A DNA stretch of 29,828 nt, taken from the IMG/VR virus record IMGVR_UViG_3300044712_002337, positions 146,564 to 176,391 of that record. One strand, 5' to 3'. Below, in pieces: positions 16,443 through 24,405 of this stretch. Origin of the DNA: a virus (lineage: Duplodnaviria; Heunggongvirae; Uroviricota; Caudoviricetes). The position numbers and the translations under genes were made by a program. Position 1 is the first letter of the stretch, and each line of letters begins with the position of its first letter. The notes under the pieces were generated by a model, which had not been told where the DNA came from, searched no databases, and saw only the letters and a list, made by a program, of their open reading frames with translations.

Positions 16443-16808
16443 CTAACTAGGATAGGGGGTTGCGAGCGAAAAAAAGCCGTCGCCGTCGCGGATTATCTGA
16501 CCCGCCCTGGACAGACCGGCCAGGGCCTCGCGGAAGCTGCCGCTGTACCCCGAGTACCCGGCCGCCCGGGCCAGCTGGCGGCCGGTGAGCGGGCGGGGGC
16601 TGGCCGCCAGGGTGAGGAGGGCCGCCTCCCCGGGGGCGGTCCGGGCCCAGTCCTTCTCGGCCGGGGGCGGGGCGGCGTCGGCCACCACCGCGCCGTCGGC
16701 GGCGTAGCACACCACCCGGGCGAGCGGGGTGCCGCCCCAGGTGAGCCCGCGGGCGAGGAGGGCGCGGAGGTCGGCCGGGACCGGTGGGGGCTTGGGTCGT
16801 TGGCTCAA
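16443..16808 (-). CDS. winged-helix DNA-binding protein (121 aa)
   Basis: C-terminal 'LLTLAASPRPLTGRQLARAAGYS...FREALAGLSRAGQIIRDGDGFFSL' = wHTH with beta wing. Confidence 0.6.
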   Translation of the reverse strand: MSQRPKPPPVPADLRALLARGLTWGGTPLARVVCYAADGAVVADAAPPPAEKDWARTAPGEAALLTLAASPRPLTGRQLARAAGYSGYSGSFREALAGLSRAGQIIRDGDGFFSLATPYPS

Positions 16809-16889
16809 CGGAGAGGTCTCGGCGGCGGGCGGGCGGGCCCCTTAATGTATGAGCAAAGGGGAAAAACTTGTCCGGTGGGTGGGAATTTT

Positions 16890-17819
16890 TTAAGCCCCGT
16901 TCTCCAGGTAGTCCGTCACCCGGGCGAGCGGCGGGCCGAGGTCGGCCGGGGCGGCCACCGCCCGCACCTCCCCCTTCCGCTTCAGCCGGGCCACCCCCAG
17001 GTGGGTGAGGCTCACCTGCTCCGGCCCGGTGCCGGTGACCGCCAGCTCGCCCCGCCCCTTGAGCGGGACGCCGCACTCGTGGCAGTGCTTCCGCACCTGG
17101 GCGGCGAAGTCGGCCATCGGCCGCCGCCACCACCCCGGCTCGGCCGGGACGCCGGTGTCCGGGTAGCCCGGGTCGTACTGGTGGAGCATGCTCTGGGCCC
17201 CGGCCAGCTCGCAGAACCAGGCCCGCAGCCCGCCGCGGAACACCCCCACCAGCGCCGACCAGCGGCGGTTCAGGTCGCACCGCGCGATCATCCCCCACCG
17301 GGTGGCCTCGTCCGGCACCACGTCCCGCAGGGCCACGAAGCACGGGGCGTGCCGCGAGTCCCGGTCCAGGCCGAACGGGCGGGCCTCCGGCCAGTCCCGC
17401 CGGAACTCGTCGAACGCCTCCCACGACAGGTGGACGTTCAGGTTGCTCACGTCCGGGTTGAACGTCTCCCGCATCAGCTTCCCGTGCCCGCGGGGGTGGT
17501 TGCACCACAGCCCCCGCTGCTCGAACGGGAAGTGGGCCCGGAGGATTTCGCACAGGACGGGGAACTGGGGGTGGAGGCTGGGGTTGCCCCCGAAGCAACC
17601 TATAACACCTGGATAACCTTTCAACGAACGGCAGGCGGCCTCGAACTGGTCGGGGGTCATGACGTTCGGCTTGCCCGCCAGGTTCGACCCCTGGGTGCAG
17701 TGCCGGCAGGCGTTGTCGCACGCCCGGGTGACGTGAATCTGAATCGTCCCGTCCCGCCACGTGCCCGGGCGGGGGGTGCCGGGGGCGGTCAGCCGGGCCA
17801 GCGCCTGGTCTTCCGTCAT
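16890..17819 (-). CDS. radical SAM protein (309 aa)
   Basis: 'IQIHVTRACDNACRHC' CxxxCxxC motif, 'FGGNPSLHP', extra C-terminal Cys (C..CG). ATG 17819 overlaps the upstream TGA. Confidence 0.9.
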   Translation of the reverse strand: MTEDQALARLTAPGTPRPGTWRDGTIQIHVTRACDNACRHCTQGSNLAGKPNVMTPDQFEAACRSLKGYPGVIGCFGGNPSLHPQFPVLCEILRAHFPFEQRGLWCNHPRGHGKLMRETFNPDVSNLNVHLSWEAFDEFRRDWPEARPFGLDRDSRHAPCFVALRDVVPDEATRWGMIARCDLNRRWSALVGVFRGGLRAWFCELAGAQSMLHQYDPGYPDTGVPAEPGWWRRPMADFAAQVRKHCHECGVPLKGRGELAVTGTGPEQVSLTHLGVARLKRKGEVRAVAAPADLGPPLARVTDYLENGA

Positions 17820-18985
17820 GTCCGCTCCTCCATCGCGGTGAGCAGCCGCAGGAGGGCCGACCGCCAGCCGTGCGCGTCGGTCGCCCACGGCTGCACCAGG
17901 TTCACCTGCGACACCCCGGCCAGGTGGACGAACTGCGGGTCCACCGCCGCCGCCCGGGCCCAGGTGCGGTCCGCCCACCACTGGTAGTTGTATTTCTCTT
18001 CCAACAGTTTAATCTCGTAGTTGTTCCGCTCGATGTTCCACTGGACGACGCACTGCTCGGCCACGTGGTGGGGCTTGCCCGTGGCCGGGTCGACCAGGAA
18101 GGCCCCGGCCGGCGGCCGCCACACGTCCGGGGTGCCCCGGTCCCACACCACCACCCCGCTGTTCAGCACCCGGGTCGGGTCCGGGGAGCCGGTCTGGCGG
18201 AGCACGTGGAACAGGTACCCGGGGTCGTCCACCAGCGGGCGGTCGTCGTGGATGCCGACGCTCCCTTCGGGCACGAGCCGGAACAGGTCGGGGGCGGACC
18301 GGCGGACCACCACGTCGGCGTCGACGAACAGGCAGCGGGCCCACAGCTCGGTCAGCTGGTGCAGGCGGAACTTGTCCCCCAGCGGGTACCCCGGGGCCCG
18401 CGGGGCGTCCCCGGTGAGGGCGACGAAGTCGGCCCCCACCCGCCCGGCGTACGCCCGCAGCAGGGGCTCGGTGACGGCCAGCATGTCCCGCCCGGCCGGG
18501 CCGACGGCGACGGTCGCCACCACCCGGTCCGAGCGGGGGGCGGGCAGGTCGGGGTCGGCGTAGTCGTAGGGCGGGGGCTCCGCCCCCGCGGCCCCCGGGG
18601 GGTGAGGGCGTTCCCCTTTTAAAATTGGGGGCTCCGCCCCCAAAGCCCCCTCGGCCGGGGCGACCTGGTACCCCGAACACGCCGGCCCGCACGCCGGCGC
18701 CTTCGGGCCGGACCCGCAGGAGCGGCAGGTGGTGACGACCGGGAGCGATTTGCCCAGGGTCGGGTGCCCGCAGGCGAAATGGGCGTCCGCCCGCAGCGGG
18801 TTGAACCCCGCCCCGGCGACGACCCCGGCCGGGAGCGGGTCCTCCCCCCGGAACCGGCACGTCGCGTCGGCGGGCCGCGGGGCGGCGGGGACCGCCGCCG
18901 GTTTCGCCCGCACCGGCACGCCGGCCAGGCACCACTTGCAGTTTTCCGGCTTGACCCCGGGCGCGCATCGGTGGGAGCGGCTCAT
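17816..18985 (-). CDS. Cys-rich N-terminal domain fused to a GT-A glycosyltransferase (GT8/GT34-like) (389 aa)
   Basis: From MSRSHRC. About 9 Cys in the first 110 aa, then 'LGDKFRL...CLFVDADVVV...VLNSGVVVW...EQ...YNY...FVHLAG' (DxD, NSG, EQ, H motifs). Confidence 0.8.
   Translation of the reverse strand: MSRSHRCAPGVKPENCKWCLAGVPVRAKPAAVPAAPRPADATCRFRGEDPLPAGVVAGAGFNPLRADAHFACGHPTLGKSLPVVTTCRSCGSGPKAPACGPACSGYQVAPAEGALGAEPPILKGERPHPPGAAGAEPPPYDYADPDLPAPRSDRVVATVAVGPAGRDMLAVTEPLLRAYAGRVGADFVALTGDAPRAPGYPLGDKFRLHQLTELWARCLFVDADVVVRRSAPDLFRLVPEGSVGIHDDRPLVDDPGYLFHVLRQTGSPDPTRVLNSGVVVWDRGTPDVWRPPAGAFLVDPATGKPHHVAEQCVVQWNIERNNYEIKLLEEKYNYQWWADRTWARAAAVDPQFVHLAGVSQVNLVQPWATDAHGWRSALLRLLTAMEERT
18571..18643 (-). 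repeat. hairpin + TTAAAAGG element, copy 8, with a second hairpin, in frame inside the GT gene
   Basis: Minus strand: TGGGGGC-GGA-GCCCCCA-ATTTTAAAAGGGGAA...GCGGGGGC-GGA-GCCCCCGC; translates as GAEPPILKGE...GAEPP. Confidence 0.8.
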
Positions 18986-21900
18986 ACGGATTCCAGGTCG
19001 ACCGTGAATACCATCCCCCCGCCGGTAACGGTGCCGCGGTTCAGACCGAGCCGCGGGACGAAGTCGCCGCCACCGGGCAGGAGGGTGTACAGCCCGCCCC
19101 CGCCGGCCACCCAGTCGGCGGCCAGCCCGGAAACGGTGAACGTGCCGGAAAACTGCACAGCAAAGAACACCTCGCCGTTCAACCCGTTGCAGTTCAGTTC
19201 CATCCGAAACGGTGGGGTCGACGGGAAAAAGTAGTTGTCGAACGGCGCCGACGGCGATTCCCGGTAGATGCCCACGGTCCCCACTGACCCCGGCGCGGTG
19301 GTGACCAGGTACGCCAGATACGAGACCGTGGACGGGGTCGGCGAAGAGTAGTTGAGCGTGACCCGGACGACGGCCGGGGCGGTCGTGGTGTTGCCCTCGC
19401 ACACGTACTCAACGGTCTCCGCCCCGCAGATTGCCACCGCCTCCCCCTCGGTCCGGTACGGCCCGCTCCCCGCCGGCGGGGTGTCGCCCGCGCCCACCTC
19501 CAGAATCGCCCCGTCCGCGCACCACCAGTCGGGCAGGCAGCACGAGTCGTTCGCCACGGTGACGCAGTCGAACGACCCGTCCGGCCGGCGGACGCGGAGC
19601 TTCAGGCTCACCCCGGTGACCACCGGGATGGTGCCCTCGTACGTGCTGATGCCGGTGCTGCCCACGCTCAGGCACACGTCCTCGATGCACCCGCCCGAGT
19701 ACCGCGGGTTGGCCCCGCACCCGCCCCCCGCGGCCGCGGCCAGCGTCTCCAGCCGCCCGGCGTTGGCCACGTACCCGGCGAGCACCGCCCCGCCGGACGG
19801 GATGGCCTCGCCGCCGGCGTTGTGCACCGGCAGCTGCCAGGCGGCCTCGCCGCCGACGCGGAACAGGCCCGAGCCGCCGGCCGGGATTTCCCCGGCGGCC
19901 GTGCCGCGGTACAGGTCGTGCACCGTCCACAGCCCCCGGGCCTCGTCCCACAGGGGGTCCAGGAACCCGGTCTTCCAGGCGTCGCTGCGGCGGCGGTGGT
20001 TGGGCTGGTAGGCGGTCGGGGACGAGCCGGTGGGGTACGCCCGCCCGTCCAGGCCGGGCCCCCACCCCTGGAGGGCCAGCGGCCCCCGCAGGGCGACCGA
20101 GCGGATTCCCGTCGGGCTCGGGTTCCGGGCGCGGGCGTTGTACCCGGTGTACGCCGGCCCCCAGGACAGGCCGTCGACGTCGTGGGGGCCGCCGAACGGG
20201 TTGAGCGCGGCCGCCGTCACGGCGGCCGCGTTACCCGCCCCGAGGGCGGCGGCCTCCTTCAGCCGCAGGGGGGACAGGTACTCGCCCGCCGGGCCGCCGG
20301 CGGGGCCGGTCACCTCGTACGGGCGGATGAGGGCGGTGAGGGTGTTCAGGGCGGTGTTGCGGTAGTCCGGGTCGGAGTCCGCCCCGACCAGCACCAGCGC
20401 CTCCTCCTGGGTGGCGAGCGAGGCGAGCACCCGCACGTCCGGCCCGTCGGCCACCGCCTTGGCCAGCACCGCCTCGTGCGGCGACTCCCGCAGCTTGGCC
20501 TTGCTCACCAGCCGGCGGAACGCCCGGGTGCGGCGGGCGGCGGCCAGCCCGTCGGCCAGCAGGGCCCCCTTGGCGGCCGCCTGGTTGGCCCGCCGGCGGA
20601 GCTCCGCCCCGGCCTCCCCCAGCCGCCGCGCCTGGTCCACCAGCTGCCCCCCGTACCCGCCCTTGAGCGGGGTCTGGGGGGTGAACGACTGGAACCGGTA
20701 GGTGGTGCGGAACCCGTCCACCCCGAACGAGCAGGCGAGGCCGGTGAGGGCGTTCCCGCCGACCCCCAGGGTGTGCCCGAGGGAGAACAGGGGGAGGCCG
20801 GCCACCGTCACCTCGGCCGCGTCCTGGCGGGTCTGGCCGGACACCCCCAGCTGCACCTGCCCGGCGGCCGCCGCGTTCATCGCCGCCACCGACCCGAACG
20901 CCCACGGGGTGAGCGACGGGTCGCGGCGGTACACCACCTTCCCCGGCACCCCGGCGGCCGACCAGGGGCCGTACACCGACCGGTTGTCCTGCAGCGGCAC
21001 CCCGGCGGCGGTCGGGGCGAGGGCCGGCGGGTGGAGGGCGATGGGCACGTTCCCCCCGGCCCCGTTCTTCCGCAGCTGGGCGGACTCGCCGGTCAGCTCC
21101 CGCGTGCCCGCCCCGCCGTCCGGCGACTCCCGCCGGAACACCGGCTCGGGGAGCACCACCACGGCCGCCGGCACGCCCCCGACGAACCGCAGCCGGGGGA
21201 GCACGTCCGCCCGGGTGTACAGGGCGCCGGACGCCACGGCCGAGTGGGCCGGGTCGAACCCGGTGGCGTCGGCCCGGGCGGCGTCGGGCACGTAGGCGAA
21301 CGGCAGCAGGCGGCCGTCGGCGGCGGTGAACTTGTTCTCCTCCAGCGGGCCCAGGCCGATGGCCGCCACCCCGTCCCCCAGCCACCCGGCGTCGGTCGGC
21401 TCGTGCGAGTAGGTCGGCTCGGCGTCCCCGGCCTGGTACTGCTTGGCGTCCACCGCCGGCAGCCGGGCCAGGTACTTCCGCCCGTAGAACTCCTCGGCGT
21501 ACTTGTGCACGAACCGGTACACCCGCCGGCCGGCCGCGTCCAGGTCCTCGTCCACCGCCGCCAGCAGGGCGGCCCGGCCCTCGTTCAGGGCGTCCGTCTT
21601 GACCGCCGCCCCGGCCGCCTCCTTGAACAGCGGGAACACCACCCCGGCCAGGGCCGGCTTGTACTTGTGCACGTACGCCTGCCACTCGTACTCGCCGGCC
21701 AGGGCGGCCCGCATCTCCAGCGTGTTGCTGGCGTAGGCGACCGCCCCCAGGGCGTCCCCCAGCTCGGCCGCCGGCAGGGTGAACGCGTCGCACGGGTCGT
21801 CCGGGAAGTCGGGGTGGGCGAACGGCACGCCGACCACCGGGGCCCCGCCCCAGTCGTCCCCCCAGTACGACGCCAGCTCGGTGCTCACCCACACCGTCTT

Positions 21901-22674
21901 CACCTGCCCGCCGGTGAGCACGCTGGCCGTCGGCACGGCCACCGCCTCGGTGCCCACGCTCGCCCGCTCCACCGCCCCGGCGAACTCGGCCGCCTGGACG
22001 AACTCGGTCACCAGCCCGGCCGGCGGCTGCAGGTTGCGGTTCACCGCCCGCACCCGCAGGGTGAGCCCGTCCAGCTCCACGTACGGGTCCCAGTTCAGGT
22101 CGGAGCACACCTGGCGGACGGCGTCCCACACCGACCCGCCGGTGCACGCCACCCGGTACCCGGGCGGCGGGTCGGGCACCCCGGTCAGGTCCACCCCGTA
22201 GCTCGCCCCGCGGTACACGACCGGCCCGCCGTACGCCGACGCCGGGGCGTTGCACAGGGCGTGCACGGCGTACCGCACCCGCTCCCACGGCATGCCCGAG
22301 TCGTTCGCCAGGCTGTCCCCGAACCCGGCCGCCTCCCAGAACCCGAACACGTTCAGCAGGTTGGGCACCGGGCTGGCCCCGGCGTACCCGTCCCCCACCA
22401 GCGCGGCCGCGTCCAGGGCGGCGGACGCGTCCACCACCACCGCCGTGAACCGCGGCAGCCCCTGCACGCCCTCGCTCCGGGCCCAGTGCTGGAGCAGGCC
22501 GGCGAACCGGAACCCGCCCAGCTGCAGGTAGCACGGGGCGTGCTCGGCCGGGAACAGGGCGGCGTCCCCCTGGGCGTGGTCCTGCACCAGGGCGAGCCGC
22601 ACCTCGGCCCGCCCGCCGGCCAGGTCCAGGGTCGGCTCCACCCGCTCGACGGTCAGTCCGAACGCCTTGGGCAT
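18982..22674 (-). CDS. large tail/baseplate-hub-type virion protein (1230 aa)
   Basis: Size, location near the tape measure gene, beta-rich G/A/V composition, hub-like N-terminus and Cys-containing C-terminal extension. The exact family was not recognised. Confidence 0.7.
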   Translation of the reverse strand: MPKAFGLTVERVEPTLDLAGGRAEVRLALVQDHAQGDAALFPAEHAPCYLQLGGFRFAGLLQHWARSEGVQGLPRFTAVVVDASAALDAAALVGDGYAGASPVPNLLNVFGFWEAAGFGDSLANDSGMPWERVRYAVHALCNAPASAYGGPVVYRGASYGVDLTGVPDPPPGYRVACTGGSVWDAVRQVCSDLNWDPYVELDGLTLRVRAVNRNLQPPAGLVTEFVQAAEFAGAVERASVGTEAVAVPTASVLTGGQVKTVWVSTELASYWGDDWGGAPVVGVPFAHPDFPDDPCDAFTLPAAELGDALGAVAYASNTLEMRAALAGEYEWQAYVHKYKPALAGVVFPLFKEAAGAAVKTDALNEGRAALLAAVDEDLDAAGRRVYRFVHKYAEEFYGRKYLARLPAVDAKQYQAGDAEPTYSHEPTDAGWLGDGVAAIGLGPLEENKFTAADGRLLPFAYVPDAARADATGFDPAHSAVASGALYTRADVLPRLRFVGGVPAAVVVLPEPVFRRESPDGGAGTRELTGESAQLRKNGAGGNVPIALHPPALAPTAAGVPLQDNRSVYGPWSAAGVPGKVVYRRDPSLTPWAFGSVAAMNAAAAGQVQLGVSGQTRQDAAEVTVAGLPLFSLGHTLGVGGNALTGLACSFGVDGFRTTYRFQSFTPQTPLKGGYGGQLVDQARRLGEAGAELRRRANQAAAKGALLADGLAAARRTRAFRRLVSKAKLRESPHEAVLAKAVADGPDVRVLASLATQEEALVLVGADSDPDYRNTALNTLTALIRPYEVTGPAGGPAGEYLSPLRLKEAAALGAGNAAAVTAAALNPFGGPHDVDGLSWGPAYTGYNARARNPSPTGIRSVALRGPLALQGWGPGLDGRAYPTGSSPTAYQPNHRRRSDAWKTGFLDPLWDEARGLWTVHDLYRGTAAGEIPAGGSGLFRVGGEAAWQLPVHNAGGEAIPSGGAVLAGYVANAGRLETLAAAAGGGCGANPRYSGGCIEDVCLSVGSTGISTYEGTIPVVTGVSLKLRVRRPDGSFDCVTVANDSCCLPDWWCADGAILEVGAGDTPPAGSGPYRTEGEAVAICGAETVEYVCEGNTTTAPAVVRVTLNYSSPTPSTVSYLAYLVTTAPGSVGTVGIYRESPSAPFDNYFFPSTPPFRMELNCNGLNGEVFFAVQFSGTFTVSGLAADWVAGGGGLYTLLPGGGDFVPRLGLNRGTVTGGGMVFTVDLESV

Positions 22675-22739
22675 AAGTCCCTTCGGGAACGGGGTCGCCC
22701 CCCGGGCACATACCGCGGGGCCGCCCCGCGTCCGGGGCC

Positions 22740-22774
22740 CCCGGGGCCGGGCCCCGGGGTGTTAAAAGGGGGAG
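22740..22774 (+). repeat. hairpin + TTAAAAGG element, copy 9
   Basis: CCCGGGGC-CGG-GCCCCGGG then GTGTTAAAAGGGGGAG; a second hairpin CGCGGGG-CCG-CCCCGCG lies at 22714-22730. Confidence 0.8.
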
Positions 22775-22780
22775 TGCCGG

Positions 22781-23443
22781 TCAGGCGTAATCGCACGTCA
22801 TGAAAAAGGCGGCCTGTTTGTTGCCGGCGGACACCGGCTTGACCGACGCCGCCAGGTACCAGTCGTGGCGGGCGCTCACCGTGCCCGCCCCGCTCGGGCG
22901 GGTGCCGCTCACCCCCGGGCTGGTGGTCAGGGGCATGCCGCTGGCGCTCACCCCGCTGGAGAAGTACTTCCACGCGTGCTGCCCGCTCACCAGCGGGGTG
23001 CCGGGCCCCCCGCTCCCCCCGGCCACCTGGCTGGGGTTCAGGTGCGACACCTCGTACACGGCCACGTCCAGGCCGGTGGCCGCCGGGGGGGTCCCGGTCG
23101 TGACGTCGCCGACCCCGTCGTAGACGAACAAGGTGGCCGACGCCACGCTCACCGGCCCGTCGAACGTGCCGCGGATGTTAACGGTCGCCTGAACGTTTGG
23201 CAAATGGGACAGGGGGATGGGGGTGCCGGTCGGGCCGACCACCACCCCGGTCGGGCTGGCGTGCTTGGCGTTCCACGCCTCGGCCCCGGCGACCGCCCCC
23301 GTCTCGTCCGAGACGTACGTCCGCGAGTTGTACTGGCCGACCGGGAGGAGGGCGCCGAACCCGGCCGGGCCGAAGAACCCCAGGCCGGTGTTGGCCGGCA
23401 CCAGGGTGACGTTGCCGGCGTAAAAGTCGATGCTCGCGGCCAC
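22781..23443 (-). CDS. putative virion structural protein (220 aa)
   Basis: G/S/T/V-rich beta-type composition; directly upstream of the large tail gene; ends 'RHDWYLAASVKP'. Confidence 0.6.
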   Translation of the reverse strand: MAASIDFYAGNVTLVPANTGLGFFGPAGFGALLPVGQYNSRTYVSDETGAVAGAEAWNAKHASPTGVVVGPTGTPIPLSHLPNVQATVNIRGTFDGPVSVASATLFVYDGVGDVTTGTPPAATGLDVAVYEVSHLNPSQVAGGSGGPGTPLVSGQHAWKYFSSGVSASGMPLTTSPGVSGTRPSGAGTVSARHDWYLAASVKPVSAGNKQAAFFMTCDYA

Positions 23444-23449
23444 GGGCGG

Positions 23450-23522
23450 TTTCCCCCTTTCAACATGCGGGGGCGGGGCCCCACCGGGCGATTACCCCGC
23501 CGCCCGATTTTAAAAGGGAAAA
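23450..23522. repeat. inverted pair of elements (copies 10 and 11)
   Basis: Minus copy: GGGGC-CCC-GCCCC..ATGTTGAAAGGGGGAAA (23450-23482). Plus copy: CGGGCG-10 nt-CGCCCG-ATTTTAAAAGGGAAAA (23485-23522). Confidence 0.8.
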
Positions 23523-23735
23523 TTATCCGGCCGCCCGCCGGCTCACCTGGCCGAGCACCCACCGGTGGTCGGCGAAGAACTGGGCGTCCGGCAGGGCGAG
23601 CAGGTCGGCCACCCGGCGGCGGAACGCGTCCGGGTCGGCCGGGTCGACGGGCACGGCCTCGGCGACCGCCCGGACCAGGGCCATCCGCTGGTGCATGTCG
23701 GCGAGCACCTCGGCGGCGCGGGGGGTGAGTATCAC
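23523..23735 (-). CDS. hypothetical protein (70 aa)
   Basis: GGAGGT RBS, GTG start, codon bias. Confidence 0.6.
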   Translation of the reverse strand: MILTPRAAEVLADMHQRMALVRAVAEAVPVDPADPDAFRRRVADLLALPDAQFFADHRWVLGQVSRRAAG

Positions 23736-23777
23736 GAGGACAACCTCCAGTTAAGGTGGGGCGAGTGGGCGGGGGAC

Positions 23778-24047
23778 GGAATTACCTCAAGAATCGGAAC
23801 TCATCCAGGCGAGGTCGGCCATTTTTCCCCGATAACCAGACCCAAGCCGTTTGCACGCTTTAGGTTAAGGAATTCGGGATTTTTCCACGGCGCTCCCCGC
23901 ACCGGGCCGGACCGGAACTTAGGAATTCCCGGCCGGGCGGCCAGGGGGGAATCGGGATTTTTCCGCGGCCCGCCCGACCCGACCCGGCTCGGACAACGGG
24001 CCCGGAACGCGGTTCGTTCAGAAAACTCTCACCCGCTCGAAAATCCG
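23778..24047. repeat. short iterated GGAAT(T)CGGGATTTTTCC-type repeats in a divergent intergenic region
   Basis: Near-identical copies at 23869-23886 and 23948-23964; partial copies at 23778, 23791, 23817 and 23922; one inverted half at 24039-24047. Confidence 0.45.
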
Positions 24048-24085
24048 CCCCCTTTTCCGCCCCCGGGGTAGTAGCCCCCGTCCCC

Positions 24086-24397
24086 ATGGCCGTCGTCACC
24101 CGCCGCCTCCCCCTGGTGTCCGTCTCCCCCACCGCCGGGTCCGCCGGCCGGCGGTTCTTCCTGTACGTGAACGGGGCCGGGCCGAGCGAGCCGCCGGTCG
24201 ACCTGGGGGAGGTGGCGGTCTGCCCGACCTCCTGGGGCGGGTGGGACGTCGCCTGGGGGGCGTCCGGGCACACCTGGGGGTGCGAGCCGGACACGCCCCC
24301 GGCCGACGGGGTGCGGGCCCGCCGGCTGCCCCTGTTCTGCCGGGTGTCCCCGTACACCCGGGCGGCCGCCAAACTCCCGCTGTTCGCCTTCGCGTGA
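24086..24397 (+). CDS. hypothetical protein, possibly virion-associated (103 aa)
   Basis: ATG start, codon bias, repeated LPL(F) motif, in an operon with 24406..25875. Confidence 0.6.
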   Translation: MAVVTRRLPLVSVSPTAGSAGRRFFLYVNGAGPSEPPVDLGEVAVCPTSWGGWDVAWGASGHTWGCEPDTPPADGVRARRLPLFCRVSPYTRAAAKLPLFAFA

Positions 24398-24405
24398 GGT
24401 AACCC

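Noticed and set aside
15963-18622. 674-aa ORF 15963..17987 and 437-aa ORF 16447..17760
   Set aside because: They overlap the radical SAM and neighbouring genes in other frames and have no recognisable domain.
19822-22803. 993-aa plus-strand ORF and 826-aa alternative-frame ORF (20231..22711)
   Set aside because: Shadow frames of the tail gene. They are Arg/Gly/Pro-rich with no motifs, as expected from stop-codon scarcity at high GC.
23778-24047. Possible mini-CRISPR array
   Set aside because: Repeats are 17-18 nt or shorter, degenerate and irregularly spaced; no cas genes in the window.
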